From NCBI GenBank assembly GCA_950097015.1, contig CATNEN010000025.1, positions 1,116,001-1,180,000 of the forward strand: a stretch of 64,000 bases of DNA, read 5' to 3'. Below the pieces are notes generated by a model. That model worked only from the letters and a program-made list of their open reading frames with translations. It searched no databases and had not been told where the DNA came from. Shown one piece after another: positions 11,396 through 24,860 of this stretch; within the stretch, counting starts at the first letter, position 1; every line of letters starts with the position of its first letter. The translations under genes were made by a program, and so were the position numbers. Source of the DNA: Macrostomum hystrix (lineage: Eukaryota > Animalia > Platyhelminthes).

Positions 11396-12239
11396 ACTCA
11401 ACTAAGGCAGAGAAAGGTGGGTTGGAGAGAGGACTAGCAGATTGTGTGTCAAGTGCCAGCCATGCGACTCTTGGGATTTCATAGTTTTTTTAGTAACCTT
11501 TCTAAATAGAAAACACTGAACATCGTAGCCTTACCTTATAACTCGTTTTGTTATTTTATAGTAAAAATGTGTAACTAATAAAATTTAGATTAGTACATTG
11601 TATGTCTACTAGACAAGGTCTTGTTTCGTCTCCATCTAACTACTATTGTATTTTTAGTAAATCATATTCTAATGTTCCTACTTGTTAGTAGGGTTAGCTG
11701 CACATGCGCGTACAAAATAAAATATCGAAGAGAACAGCTTGGCTTGCCGGCTGCTTATTTTCATCAGGTTTTTTTTATAAAATGCACGAGTTAAAAGACA
11801 CTTGCTATTTCTTTTTAAAAAGTACTTTTAGTGGCAAATCAATAAAATAGCAAAACAATTTCTATGCCTATATATTTCTGTAGGACTTCTAGACTGACCA
11901 CTTTGTCTCTTCTGTTTTTTTGTCTTCTAACAACAAAAAGCGCGAATTACTCGTTTGGCTCTCAGAATTTTAGTTCAATTCTTTGTATTGCAAATTATTA
12001 CCATTATACGCATATACATAATTTATTTGACTAGATAACAGATGAAAGCTATTAGTGCTCTAAATCAATTGAACATAGTTAATAAAAAGTAACTCACACT
12101 CTTCTGCGATTAATCTCGCTCTGTAAAAATGGTTCCTTATTTATTTTTTTGGATAACTGTACGAATACATTCTTAGTGCTAATATATGAAACAAGGTGAG
12201 AAGACAGGAGATTAAGAATAAGATAAGAGAGTGTTAGTG

Positions 12240-14340
12240 GGTGAATTAGAGAGCAAAAATTGGGTGGATTCGAGAGTGTGAATGGTTTGAGTAGGGAGAG
12301 TGTGAATGGGGTGGATTAGGGAGAGTGTGAATGGGGTGGATTAGGGAGAGTGAGAATGGGTGGATTAGGGAGAGTGGGAATGAGGTTAATTAGGGAGTGT
12401 GAATCGGGTGGATTACGGAGAGTTTGAATATGTGGATTAGGGAGTGTGAATGGGTGGATTAGGGAGAGTGAATGGGTGGATTAGGGAGAGTGAATGGATG
12501 GATTAGAGAAATTGAATGGATGGATTAGGGGGAGTGAATGGATGGATTAGGGAGAGTGACTGGATGAATTAGGGAGAGTGAATGGATGAATTAGGGAGTG
12601 AATGGATGGATTAGGGAGTGAATGGATGGATTATGGAGAGTGAATGGATGAATTAGGGAGTGAATGGATAGATTAGGGACAGTGAATGAGGTTAATTAGG
12701 GATTGTGAATCGGGAGGATTACGGAGAGTTTGAATATGTGGATTAGAGACAGTGAATGGATGAATTAGGGAGAGTGTGAATGGATGAATTAGGGGGAGTG
12801 AATGGATGGATTATGGAGAGTGAATGGATGAATTAGGGAGAGTGAATGGATGAATTAGGGAGTGAATGGATGGATTATGGAGAGTGAATGGATGAATTAT
12901 GGAGAGTGAATGGATGAATTAGGGAGTGTGAATGGGTGGATTAGGGAGAGTGTGAATGGATGAATTAGGGAGAGTGAATGGATGAATTAGGGAGTGAATG
13001 GATGGATTATGGAGAGTGAATGGATGAATTAGGGAGAGTGAATGGATGAATTAGGGAGTGAATGGATGGATTATGGAGAGTGAATGGATGAATTAGGGAG
13101 TGAATGGATAGATTAGGGACAGTGAATGAGGTTAATTAGGGATTGTGAATCGGGAGGATTACGGAGAGTTTGAATATGTGGATTAGAGACAGTGAATGGA
13201 TGAATTAGGGAGAGTGTGAATGGATGAATTAGGGGGAGTGAATGGATGGATTATGGAGAGTGAATGGATGAATTAGGGAGAGTGAATGGATGAATTAGGG
13301 AGTGAATGGATGGATTATGGAGAGTGAATGGATGAATTATGGAGAGTGAATGGATGAATTAGGGAGTGTGAATGGGTGGATTAGGGAGAGTGTGAATGGA
13401 TGAATTAGGGAGAGTGAATGGATGAATTAGGGAGTGAATGGATGGATTATGGAGAGTGAATGGATGAATTAGGGAGAGTGAATGGATGAATTAGGGAGTG
13501 AATGGATGGATTATGGAGAGTGAATGGATGAATTAGGGAGTGAATGGATAGATTAGGGACAGTGAATGAGGTTAATTAGGGATTGTGAATCGGGAGGATT
13601 ACGGAGAGTTTGAATATGTGGATTAGAGACAGTGAATGGATGAATTAGGGAGAGTGTGAATGGATGAATTAGGGGGAGTGAATGGATGGATTATGGAGAG
13701 TGAATGGATGAATTAGGGAGAGTGAATGGATGAATTAGGGAGTGAATGGATGGATTATGGAGAGTGAATGGATGAATTATGGAGAGTGAATGGATGAATT
13801 AGGGAGTGTGAATGGGTGGATTAGGGAGAGTGAATGGGTGGATTAGGGAGAGAGTGAATGGATGAATTAGGGAGTGAATGGATGGATTAGGGAGAGTGAA
13901 TGGATGAATTAGGGAGTGAATGGATGGATTAGGGAGAGTGAATGGGTGGATTTGGGAGAGTGAATGGGTGGATTAGGGAGTGAATGGATGGATTAGGGAG
14001 AGTGAATGGGTGGATTAGGGAGAGTGAATGGGTGGATTAGGGAGAGTGAATGGGTGGATTAGGGAGAGTGAATGGGGTGGATTTGGGAGAGTGAATGGGT
14101 GGATTGGGGAGAGTGAATGGGTGGATTAGGGAGAGTGAATGGGTGGATTAGGGAGAGTGAATGGGTGGATTAGGGAGAGTGAATGGGTGGATTAGGGAGA
14201 GTGAATGGGTGGATTAGGGAGAGTGAATGGGTGGATTAGGGAGAGTGAATGGGTGGATTAGGGAGTGAATGGATGGATTAGGGAGAGTGTGAATGGATGG
14301 ATTTGGTAGAGTAAATGGGGTGAATTAGGGGGTGTGATTG
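12240..14340. repeat. 20-24-bp G-rich minisatellite containing TTAGGG, with a 440-bp higher-order repeat
   Basis: Unit GGGTGGATTAGGGAGAGTGAAT (22 bp); marker GATTAGGGACAGTGAATGAGG recurs at 12671, 13111 and 13551. Confidence 0.95.
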
Positions 14341-14495
14341 AAATGCATGGGTTGGTTAAGTGAAAATTAAGGATAAGGATAGGGATATTGTGGATTAGTT
14401 AAAATGGAAAAGATCTTTCATATTGCGGCTTTTTCTCCATAAAAAATAATTTCAGGTTTATAAAAGCGCCGCATTGTTAATTTTTTGGGTTGAAA

Positions 14496-17400
14496 ATGGT
14501 TCGAGAAATCCTAGTGAAATCCCTGGACGAATACCAGTCCAACCTGGCCTCGCTAACGACTGATGAACAGGTGAGTCGCATCTTCACCTTGTTCTTGGCC
14601 GGAAGTGATCCAGAAACTGGCGACAGCTGGTGTCCGGAGTGTCGCCAGGCTGAGCCCCTGATTGAGGAAGCTCTCGGCCAGCTGGAGGGTCGGGATGATG
14701 TTGTGTTTTTCATAGTTGAAGTCGGCAACCGCTCGGCCTGGACCGATCAGGAAAATGTGTTTCGCAATCTGGCCGACTTGTCTGTCACCGGCCTGCCTAC
14801 ACTGGTGGAAGTCAAGTCGGTAAGCTCTTCCATCCCATCTTGAGTAGCAGCTGATCACATCTCAAATCGCCAAATCCCACCCAGAGTAGCAGCTGATCCC
14901 GTCTCAAATCGCCAAATCCCATCCTGAGTAGCAGCTGATCCCATCTCAAATCGCTATATCCCATCCTGAGTAGCAGCTGATCCCATCTCAAATCGCCAAA
15001 TCCCACTCTGAGTAGCAGCTGATCCCATCTCAAATCGCCAAATCCCACCCTGAGTAGCTGCTGATCCCATCTCAAATCGCCAAATCACATCCTGAGTAGC
15101 AGCTGATCCCATCTCAAATCGCCAAATCCCATCCTGAGTAGCAGCTGATCCCATCTCAAATCGCCAAATCCCACTCTGAGTAGCAGCTGATCCCATCTCA
15201 AATCGCCAAATCACATCCTGAGTAGCAGCTGATCCCATCTCAAATCGCCAAATCCCATCCTGAGTAGCTGCTGATCCCATCTCAAATAGCCAAATCACAT
15301 GCTGAGTAGCTGCTGATCCCATCTCAAATAGCCAAATCACATCCTGAGTAGCTGCTGATCCCATCTCAAATCGCCAAATCCCATCCTGAGTAGCAGCTGA
15401 TCCCATCTAAAATCGCCAAATCTCATCCTGAGTAGCAGCTGATCCCATCTCAAATCGCCAAATCCCATCCTGAGTAGCAGCTGATCCCATCTCAAGTCGC
15501 CAAATCCCATCCTGAGTAGCAGCTGATCCCATCTCAAATCGCCAAATCCCATCCTGAGTAGCAGCTGATCCCATCTCAAATCGCTATATCCCATCCTGAG
15601 TAGCAGCTGATCCCATCTCAAATCGCCAAATCACATCCTGAGTAGCTGCTGATCCCATCTCAAATCGCCAAATCCCACCCTGAGTAGCAGCTGATCCCAT
15701 CTCAAATCGCCAAATCCCACCCTAAGTAGCTGCTGGTCTCATCTCAAATCGCCAAATCCCATCCTAAGTAGCAGCTGATCCCATCTTAAATCGCCAAATC
15801 CCATCCTGAGTAGCAGCTGATCCCATCTCAAATCGCCAAATCCCATCCTGAGTAGCAGCTGATCCCATCTCAAGTAGCCAAATCCCATCCTGAGTAGCTT
15901 CTGATCCCATCTAAAATCGCCAAATCTCATCCTGAGTAGCAGCTGATCCCATCTCAAATCGCCAAATCACATCCTGAGTAGCTGCTGATCCCATCTCAAA
16001 TAGCCAAATCCCATCCTGAGTAGCTGCTGATCCCATCTCAAATAGCCAAATCCCATCCTGAGTAGCTGCTGATCCCATCTCAAATCGCCAAATCACATCC
16101 TGAGTAGCAGCTGATCCCATCTCAAATCGCCAAATCCCATCCTGAGTAGCTGCTGATCCCATCTCAAATAGCCAAATCACATGCTGAGTAGCTGCTGATC
16201 CCATCTCAAATAGCCAAATCACATCCTGAGTAGCTGCTGATCCCATCTCAAATCGCCAAATCCCATCCTGAGTAGCAGCTGATCCCATCTCAAATCGCCA
16301 AATCCCATCCTGAGTAGCAGCTGATCCCATCTCAAGTCGCCAAATCCCATCCTGAGTAGCAGCTGATCCCATCTCAAGTAGCCAAATCCCATCCTGAGTA
16401 GCAGCTGATCCCATCTCAAATAGCCAAATCCCATCCTGAGTAGCAGCTGATCCCATCTCAAGTAGCCAAATCCCATCCTGAGTAGCAGCTGATCCCATCT
16501 CAAGTAGCTAAATCCCATCCTGAGTAGCAGCTGATCCCATCTCAAATCGCCAAATCACATCCTGAGTAGCTGCTGATCCCATCTCAAATAGCCAAATCCC
16601 ATCCTGAGTAGCTGCTGATCCCATCTCAAATAGCCAAATCCCATCCTGAGTAGCTGCTGATCCCATCTCAAATCGCCAAATCACATCCTGAGTAGCAGCT
16701 GATCCCATCTCAAATCGCCAAATCCCATCCTGAGTAGCTGCTGATCCCATCTCAAATAGCCAAATCACATGCTGAGTAGCTGCTGATCCCATCTCAAATA
16801 GCCAAATCACATCCTGAGTAGCTGCTGATCCCATCTCAAATCGCCAAATCCCATCCTGAGTAGCAGCTGATCCCATCTCAAATCGCAAAATCCCATCCTG
16901 AGTAGCTGCTGATCCCATCTCAAATAGCCAAATCCCATCCTGAGTAGCTGCTGATCCCATCTCAAGTCGCCAAATCCCATCCTGAGTAGCAGCTGATCCC
17001 ATCTCAAATCGCCAAATCCCATCCTGAGTAGCTGCTGATCCCATCTCAAGTAGCCAAATCCCATCCTGAGTAGCTGCTGATCCCATCTCAAGTAGCCAAA
17101 TCCCATCCTGAGTAGCAGCTGATCCCATCTCAAGTAGCCAAATCCCATCTCAAGTAGCCAAATCCCATCCTGAGTAGCAGCTGATCCCATCTCAAATCGC
17201 CAAATCCCATCCTGAGTAGCAGCTGATCCCATCTCAAATAGCCAAATCCCATCCTGAGTAGCAGCTGATCCCATCTCAAGTAGCCAAATCCCATCCTGAG
17301 TAGCAGCTGATCCCATCTCAAGTAGCCAAATCCCATCCTGAGTAGCAGCTGATCCCATCTCAAGTCGCCAAATCCCATCCTGAGTAGCAGCTGATCCTAT

Positions 17401-17547
17401 CTCAAGTCGCCAAATCCCATCCTGAGTAGCAGCTGATCCCATCTCAAGTCGCCAAATCCCGCAATGCACGAATTGTTACAGCAGGCACGCCTTGAACCAC
17501 CAGACTGCCAAATCAAGGAGAAGGTGCTGCAATTTTTCGCACCGTAA
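14496..17547 (+). CDS. TXNDC17: Thioredoxin domain-containing protein 17 (TRP14-like), ~129 aa
   Basis: Exons 14496-14819 and 17482-17547 (intron GTAAGC...TTACAG; NAGNAG alternative acceptor at 17484). Motifs FLAGSDPETGDSWCPECRQAEP, EVGNRSAW...NVFR, GLPTL; second exon QARLEPPDCQIKEKVLQFFAP resembles the TRP14 C-terminus. Confidence 0.9.
14830..17460. repeat. 42-bp minisatellite filling almost the whole TXNDC17 intron
   Basis: Unit CCCATCCTGAGTAGCAGCTGATCCCATCTCAAATCGCCAAAT, ~62 copies; source of the MGSAATQDGIWRFE ORFs. Confidence 0.97.
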
Positions 17548-18599
17548 GGCCCAGCCAGCTCAACAATCAATCGGAACTCACTTGTCAACTAGCTTGTCTA
17601 GGACTCGAGTGTAATTTATTTTTTCCCCAGAAAGAAAGAAATTTTTTTAATATATTTTTTTTCCTGTTTGAATAATATTTTCCTTTTTGATTTACTAAAT
17701 TATTCCTTTCCATCTCTTGTGGTTGACCTTGTCATTCACGTAAATGACACACTTATATTTATATATATAAATTTCGAATCTATCGTTCGGGTTGGTCAGT
17801 AGTGGCCTCCCTAGTGGCACCTCCCTAAGAGCATGAATAAAATATTTTTTTCTTACTTCCGTAAATGGAATTCTGCGTAGTTCTTGCTAACTATTTTGTC
17901 TTGGTAATATGTCTCACATTTATTTACCACACTGGCTACTCCACCAAACATACTCAGTTAGTAGGTCTATAAGTATAATGCGCACAAACTCAATTGAGCA
18001 TAGCTCCTAGGAAAGGTACTAGAAATGAAGCCTATTCTATTTATATACATTTTCCACTTTGCTGCCAATCAGGATTTAATTAGCAATGCGATATCTGTGC
18101 TATATGATTATACCACTATTGACTGTGTATTTCTATTGTTCACATTTAGCTTTTTCTGTTTCCTAGTCAGTTTTATTAGTTTTACTACTCTTTTTTATTA
18201 ACTCATGTTTATTATTCATATGATTATATATATTCGTGATTTTAATTGGTAAAGGTTTATGCAATAATTCACAGGCAAACACATGATTGCTACTCTTGTT
18301 GAAATTTGATTTATGAAACAGGAATACTGTATTTGATTCATGTCAAGAAATATGTTTCAAGAATGGATTGGGTTTGTCTCATTTCATATGATAAAATTAT
18401 ACAATATTATATGTCTTGTCTTTGAGCTAGAGTTGATTTTTACTAACAAGCCCTGCTGTTTATGTACAGACAAGTGCATGCTGAGATGCATTCTTACGCA
18501 CAACTCATCTACTAGTTAGTAATTGATTGGTCTCTATGTGACTTCTGTTTTTTATGACAAACATCCATCTGGATGAAATCCCTCACTTTCTGAAATCAC

Positions 18600-19857
18600 G
18601 ACGCAACAAAATCCTCAACTTTCTAAAATACTCGTACCAACTCGCTAAATTCCTGACTCGCAAAAGTCCCAACTCGCTAAAGTCCTGACTCGCAAAAGTC
18701 CCAACTCGCTAAATTCCTGACTCGCAAAAGTCCCAACTCGCTAAATTCCTGACTCGCTAAAGTCCCAACTCGCTAAAGTCCCAACTCGCAAAAGTCCCAA
18801 CTCGCTAAATTCCTGACTCGCAAAAGTCCCAACTCGCTAAAGTCCCAACTCGCTAAAGTCCCAACTCGCTAAATTCCTGACTCGCTAAAGTCCCAACTCG
18901 CTAAAGTCCCAACTCGCTTAATTCCTGACTCGCAAAAGTCCCAACTCGCTAAATTCCTGACCCGCAAAAGTCCCAACTCGCTAAATTCCTGACTCGCAAA
19001 AGTCCCAACTCGCTAAATTCCTGACTCGCTAAAGTCCCAACTCGCTAAATTCCTGACTCGCTAAAGTCCCAACTCGCTAAAGTCCCAACTCGCTTAATTC
19101 CTGACTCGCAAAAGTCCCAATTCGCTAAATTCCTGACTCGCAAAAGTCCCAACTCGCTAAATTCCTGACTCGCAAAAGTCCCAACTCGCTAAATTCCTGA
19201 CTCGCTAAAGTCCCAACTCGCAAAAGTCCCAACTCGCTAAAGTCCCAACTCGCTAAAGTCCCAACTCGCTAAAATCCCAACTCGCTAAAGTCCCAACTCG
19301 CTAAAGTCCCAACTCGCTAAAGTCCCAACTCGCTTAAGTCCCAACTCGCTTAAATCCCAACTCGCTAAAGTCCCAACTCGCTTAATTCCTGACTCGCTAA
19401 AATCCCAACTCGCTTAAGTCCCAACTCGCTTAAGTCCCAACCCGCTAAAATCCCAACTCGCTTAAGTCCCAACTCGCTTAAATCCTAACTTAGCTGGAAC
19501 TTCAGAAAGTTTAGGATTTCAACAAGTTAAGGTTTTAGCGAGTTGGGATTCCAGCGAGGTGAGGATTTCAACGATTTTGGGATTTTAGAGAGTCAGGATT
19601 TAAGCGACCTGGGATTTCAGCAAAAATCCTAACTCGCTTAAATCCCAACTCGCTGAAAACCCAACTCATTGAAATCCTTAACTTTCTTAAGTAGCTCGTA
19701 CCAACTTGCTAAAATCCCAACTCGTCAAAATCCTCAATTTGCTAAAATCCCAACTAACTAAAATTCTAGCTCACTTAAATCGCCACTTGCTCAAATCTCT
19801 AGCTTGGTAAAATCGCAATTCGTGGAAATGCTAACTCACCGAAATGTTGACTCTCCC
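18600..19857. mobile_element. One arm of a fold-back/MULE-like element with a 16-bp subterminal array and an internal inverted block
   Basis: Units AAAGTCCCAACTCGCT / AAATTCCTGACTCGC(A/T) (16 bp); units in reverse orientation at ~19495-19620; terminus CACCGAAATGTTGACTCTCCC shares the CATTTCGGTGA motif of the 876-1219 MITE. No partner TIR or TSD found. Confidence 0.65.
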
Positions 19858-20574
19858 GGTTGAGCGGATTGTGCATAATTGCCTCCTCGATGGTCTTACT
19901 TTAACGCTTACTATAAGTAGGTCGCTCGGCAGCGATTTTCCGAAATATACATTTGTTCTGCAAGGCAAGTGGAAACAATAAGTGTTTTAATTTAGCTATG
20001 CAATCAAAGCTTCTATCAAGTTTAATAATACTTTTAAGTACCATGCGTTAATGGCCCGCGTAATCGTAATTTTATTATTATCCAATTTAGAGGCACATTG
20101 TTTTCATTTCGAGTGCCAATTCGATCTAGACACTGAACTATGAATTGGTTCTCAGAGACAGAAGAGAGGAGTCTCATAAAACTGTCTTGCCAATAAATAT
20201 AAAATGCTTTCGAGGCGTCAAGAGGAAGGCTTCAATACTGATCCGTAACGGGCGTCGGTTACAGATCTCATAATTCGTAAGGTGTGTAAAAATATTTTCA
20301 AAATCCAAGGCCTCAGATTTAAAACAGGCTACAACTCGAAATTCTGCTCAATCGGTCTCTATGCGTGTCTTTTGTGGAATTGTACAAGCAAATCTTAACT
20401 GCAGTATTCTCTTGCATAAGCCGATTATTACATGGGGCTTAGCAAGCTGGTTGTGCGACAATTCTCTGTCTCTACGGTTACGCAAAAGCGGCTAACTTGA
20501 AGTGTGTCTTTCACTTTTGCCCTCTAAGCTCGATTTAAGATTTACTGAGTTCGTTTCTGCCTTTTCAGCACGTC

Positions 20575-21140
20575 TTATCTCTCTTCATCCAGTCTCTCCG
20601 TCTAATCTCAATATCCCATCACACATCCATCAGTCTCTCCGTCTAATCTCAATATCCCATCACACATCCATCAGTCTCCCCGTCTAATCTCGATTTCCCA
20701 CCACACGTCCATCAGTCTCCCGTCTATAATCTCGATTTCCCACCACACATCCATCAGTCTCCCCGTCTAGACTCTAATCTCTATTTCCCATCACACATCC
20801 ATCAGTCTCTCGATATCATCCTAAGTTTCTCAATCTCAACCTGAGTTTCTTGATCTCATCCTGATCGAGTCTCTCAATCTCATCCTGAGCTTCTTAATTC
20901 CATCATGAGTCTCTCAATCTAACCCTGAGCTTCTCAATCTCACCCTGAGCTTCTCAATCTCACCCTGAGCTTCTTAATCTCACCCTGAGCTTCTCAATCT
21001 CACCCTGAGCTTCTTAATTTCATCATGAGTCTCTCAATCTCATCATGAGTCTCTCAATCTAACCCTGAGCTTCTCAATCTCACCCTGAGCTTCTCAATCT
21101 CACCCTGAGCTTCTTAATTTCATCCAGAGTTTCTCAATAT
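20575..21140. repeat. Adjacent 41-bp and 20-bp minisatellites
   Basis: 41-bp unit starts at 20591, 20632, 20673; 20-bp unit TCAATCTCACCCTGAGCTTC from ~20820. Confidence 0.9.
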
Positions 21141-21994
21141 CATCTATTTTGTCATCTCTTATCTCCTAGTCCCTTGCTCTTAACTGTACTCTTTCGTCTT
21201 CTTATCTCACCGTCTTATCTCTAATCTATTATTTAGTTTAGCTTGTCTTGTTAGTATCTTGTTAAACAATCTGTGATTATTTTGTGTTTTTCTATATTTA
21301 CTTGAAAACTTTCTTTCAAAGAAAACTTTGCCTTGCTCAAGGCTAGAATCGCAGTTTAGCAACTCAAACAAACAGCAGATTCCAAAACTGCTGTCATCAG
21401 CTGTCACTGTGGTCTATGAGCATCAAGAAACCGCTGCTGCTGGTGTGGGCAAACAACTAGGAGAAATTATTCTCTTTTCTTTTACAAAAAGCCAAGATAA
21501 AAGAGGAGCCCTTACTTTGCCGCCGCTTTATTCTCTTCTTCAAGTTAAACAAAGAAATAGAAAAATTATATTTTTTCTGCTTGCCCTATTCTTAGAAAGC
21601 TCACCTATAGAGACTAAACGGTCAGAGGTTTTATCCATGAAGATGTTTAGATTACAAGAGAGTACAATGGACAATTTCTATAGGCATTCTTTGTGCGCAT
21701 CTAATCTATTTTGCAAGCTATAGCTTAACTGAGCGAATATAAAACACAACAACCTTTCTATAGTCCAGGCTGAAAGCTGGAGAGAGAAAAGGGTGAAAAA
21801 TAATATTAATTTGTCGGGGCGTCACCCCAGACATTGTGGCACCGTCAGACCACCCCATTGCGGCAGCATGTCGCTGTCAGTATGTCACTGTCTCTGGCAT
21901 TAAATTAGTTCAGAATGGAATCCAGCCTTTATACGCGCGTATATTTTGCTTGTACAGGCGCAATTAAAATAAAAGTACTGTCATGAAATGTAAC

Positions 21995-22715
21995 TTTACA
22001 TGAATCTGACATAAAGTTCACACGAATCTGACATGAAATTCACATGAATCTGACACGAAATTCACATAAATCTGACATGAAGTTCACAAGAATCTGAAAT
22101 GAAGTTCACAAGAATCTGACATGAAGTTCACATGAATCTGACATGAAATTCACATGAATCTGACTTGAAGCTCAGATGAATCTGACATGAAGTTCACATA
22201 AATCTGACATGAAGCTCACATGAATCTGACATGAAGCTCACATGAATCTGACATGAAGCTCACATGAATCTGATATGAAGCTCACATGAATCTGACATGA
22301 AGCTCACATGAATCTGACATGAAGCTCACATGAATCTGACATGAAGCTCACATGAATCTGACATGAAGCTCACATGAATCTGATATGAAGCTCACATGAA
22401 TCTGACATGAAGTTCACAAGAATCTGACATGAAGTTCACAAGAATCTGACATGAAATTCACATGAATCTGACATGAAGTTCACAAGAATCTGACATGAAG
22501 TTCACAAGAATCTGACATGAAGTTCACATGAATCTGACATGAAATTCACATGAATCTTACATGAAATTCACATGAATCTGACATGAAGTTCACATGAATC
22601 TGACATGAAGTTCACATGAATCTGACATGAAATCCATACGAATCTGACATGAAATTCATACGAATCTGACATGAAATTCATACGAATCTGACATGAAATT
22701 CACATCAATCTAGCA
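21995..22715. repeat. 22-bp minisatellite
   Basis: Unit TGAATCTGACATGAAG(C/T)TCACA. Confidence 0.95.
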
Positions 22716-23461
22716 TGAATTTTAGAGTTACGCTTTGACAGAAACCTGTTGTTTAGTTTTCCCACTTTGATATTGGTTATTGAGTATTATGTGAGTAAAA
22801 GTGGGATAAAATTAGATAGGTGACATACTACAGTGCGCCCCTGAGCAGTGGATCATAAAATGGCCCGCATTTCAAGCCCCTATTTCCACAGAATGAGTAT
22901 CGCAGCTCCGAATAAAGGATCATTGCTTTTCATTGCTCATTTATAAGCACGCGCCAAACTTAGAAACTGTTAATTTGATATGAGGCTAATGTAATCAGAT
23001 TGCAATAAAATTTAACTCAAAACATTCCTATGGTTCAGCCAATACACACGAAGCTAACGATCAACATAGTCTAACAACAGTTCTCTGTCCTTGTCTCACT
23101 TTGAATTACTCGCGCCGAAATCTCTGTCGTGACCTGTTTCCAAGGCAGTGGAAGACAAAAAGGTTGCTAGTTATTATTTATGATGAGCTTGCAGCACCCG
23201 CAGCCAAGTGGTCTGAAATTTATTCTTCATTTTCTTTCACTTCAAACTGGTTAAGACAGTTTTATTTTGGTTTTGTTTCATGCTGGCAAATCATTTGCTC
23301 TCTGTTGTAAATAAACTTTATACGCTTCTCACCTTTCTGCAGGTGGAAAGCTCATTGAAGAAAGGATTGTAAAAGCTGGGAAAACTTGCTCAATTTAACA
23401 GAGCAGCAGAACCGTTCACGGCAAGGAAACGAATTTCAAAGCTAGTTAATTATAGGTGTCG

Positions 23462-23880
23462 AATCAGTGCCAAATCAGTGTCAAATCAGTGTCAAATCAG
23501 TATCAAATCAATGTCAAATCAATGTCAAATCAGTGTCAAATCAGTGTCAAATCAGTGTCAAATCAGTGTCAAATCAGTGTCAAATCAGTGTCAAATTAAT
23601 GTCCAATCAGTGTCAAATCTGTGTCAGATCTGTGTCAAATCAGTGTCAAATCTGTGTCAGATCTGTGTCAAATCAGTGTCAAATCAGTGTCAAATCAGTG
23701 TCAAATCTGTGTCAGATCTGTGTCAAATCAGTGTCACATCAGTGTCAAATGGATTTCAAATCAGTGTCAAACGGATGTCAAATCAATGTCAAATCAATGT
23801 CACATCAATGTCAAATAATTTAAAACCAATGTCTAATTGATGTTAAATCAATGGCAAACCAATGTCAAAAAATGTCAAGT
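23462..23880. repeat. 11-bp minisatellite
   Basis: Unit TCAGTGTCAAA. Confidence 0.93.
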
Positions 23881-24514
23881 TTTAATCAGTGTTGTAACTA
23901 TCGAAATTATCAATTTTTTCAAACTATAGCTGTCAAATCGTTATGGAGGTTTGATTCGAAATAAGTTCGAGCAGGTTGTGGCTTCGGCGTGAAACTCGCT
24001 GGCCCCTGTATGAACCTGTTGACACAATAAGTTTTCGATTACCAAGCTTTGAAGTCACAAATTATATACAGCATGAAATCATATGGCTCTTAATTGTTTA
24101 TAATATACGCGTAGAATTTCTATGCCTCTTATTTTGCAGTGTTTAAAAACAATAGAAAGGTATTGTGCCATACGGGTTTTGGCCATAGACATATCACTGT
24201 AACCTTACTCTCCGCTCAGGTGGAGCCGCTACTGCACGAGAAAAAGAAAATATTTTTCTTTAACTTTGAAACAACAGAGCTAGCAAGGCTTAGCAGAACT
24301 GCACTGGAATTATTATTAGGATATTGTTTGGGACTATTTGGAATATTGTTGGGATGAATAACTGGGCCGCGCAATCACTCGGACAGTTCCGCTGCAACCT
24401 TTGGAACATATTTCCTTTTGTTGGCCTCGTTGACTGCGCTTATGTCACCGCAGAGTCTCGCGAGAATGAGTAGTGAGGCCATGCAGGGGGGAACGAGAAG
24501 TGGAAGTGGGGAGA

Positions 24515-24860
24515 GAGACTTGGGGAGAAAGAACGAGAGGGAGGGCAGGCGACTGGAGAGAAAGAAGGAGAAAGGGGAGAGAAAGAATTAGAAAGGGGAG
24601 AGAAAGAATTAGAAAGGGGAGAGAAAGAATGAGAGAGGGGAGAGAAAGAATTAGAAAGGGGAGAGAAAGAATTAGAAAGGGGAGAGAAAGAATTAGAAAG
24701 GGGAGAGAAAGAATGAGAAAGGGGAGAGAAAGAATTAGAAAGGGGAGAGAAAGAATGAGAGAGGGGAGAGAAAGAATTAGAAAGGGGAGAGAAAGAAGGA
24801 GAAAGAGGAGAGAAATAAGGAGAGAGGGGAGAGAAAGGTGAGTGAGGCGAGAGGAGAAAA
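24515..24860. repeat. 21-bp purine-rich minisatellite
   Basis: Unit AGAAAGGGGAGAGAAAGAATT. Confidence 0.92.

Noticed and set aside
11063-11401. Antisense ORFs over PDHA, Hikeshi, VAP and sim exons
   Set aside because: Shadow ORFs of GC-rich coding exons on the opposite strand or in alternate frames.
14812-17588. Many ORFs of MGSAATQDGIWRFE / RWDQLLLRMGFGDL repeats
   Set aside because: Translations of the 42-bp array inside the TXNDC17 intron; broken by stops and frameshifts and open in several frames.
24456-24465. TCTCGCGAGA palindrome (vertebrate BANP/Kaiso CGCG promoter motif)
   Set aside because: Single occurrence with no gene start supported nearby; chance cannot be excluded.
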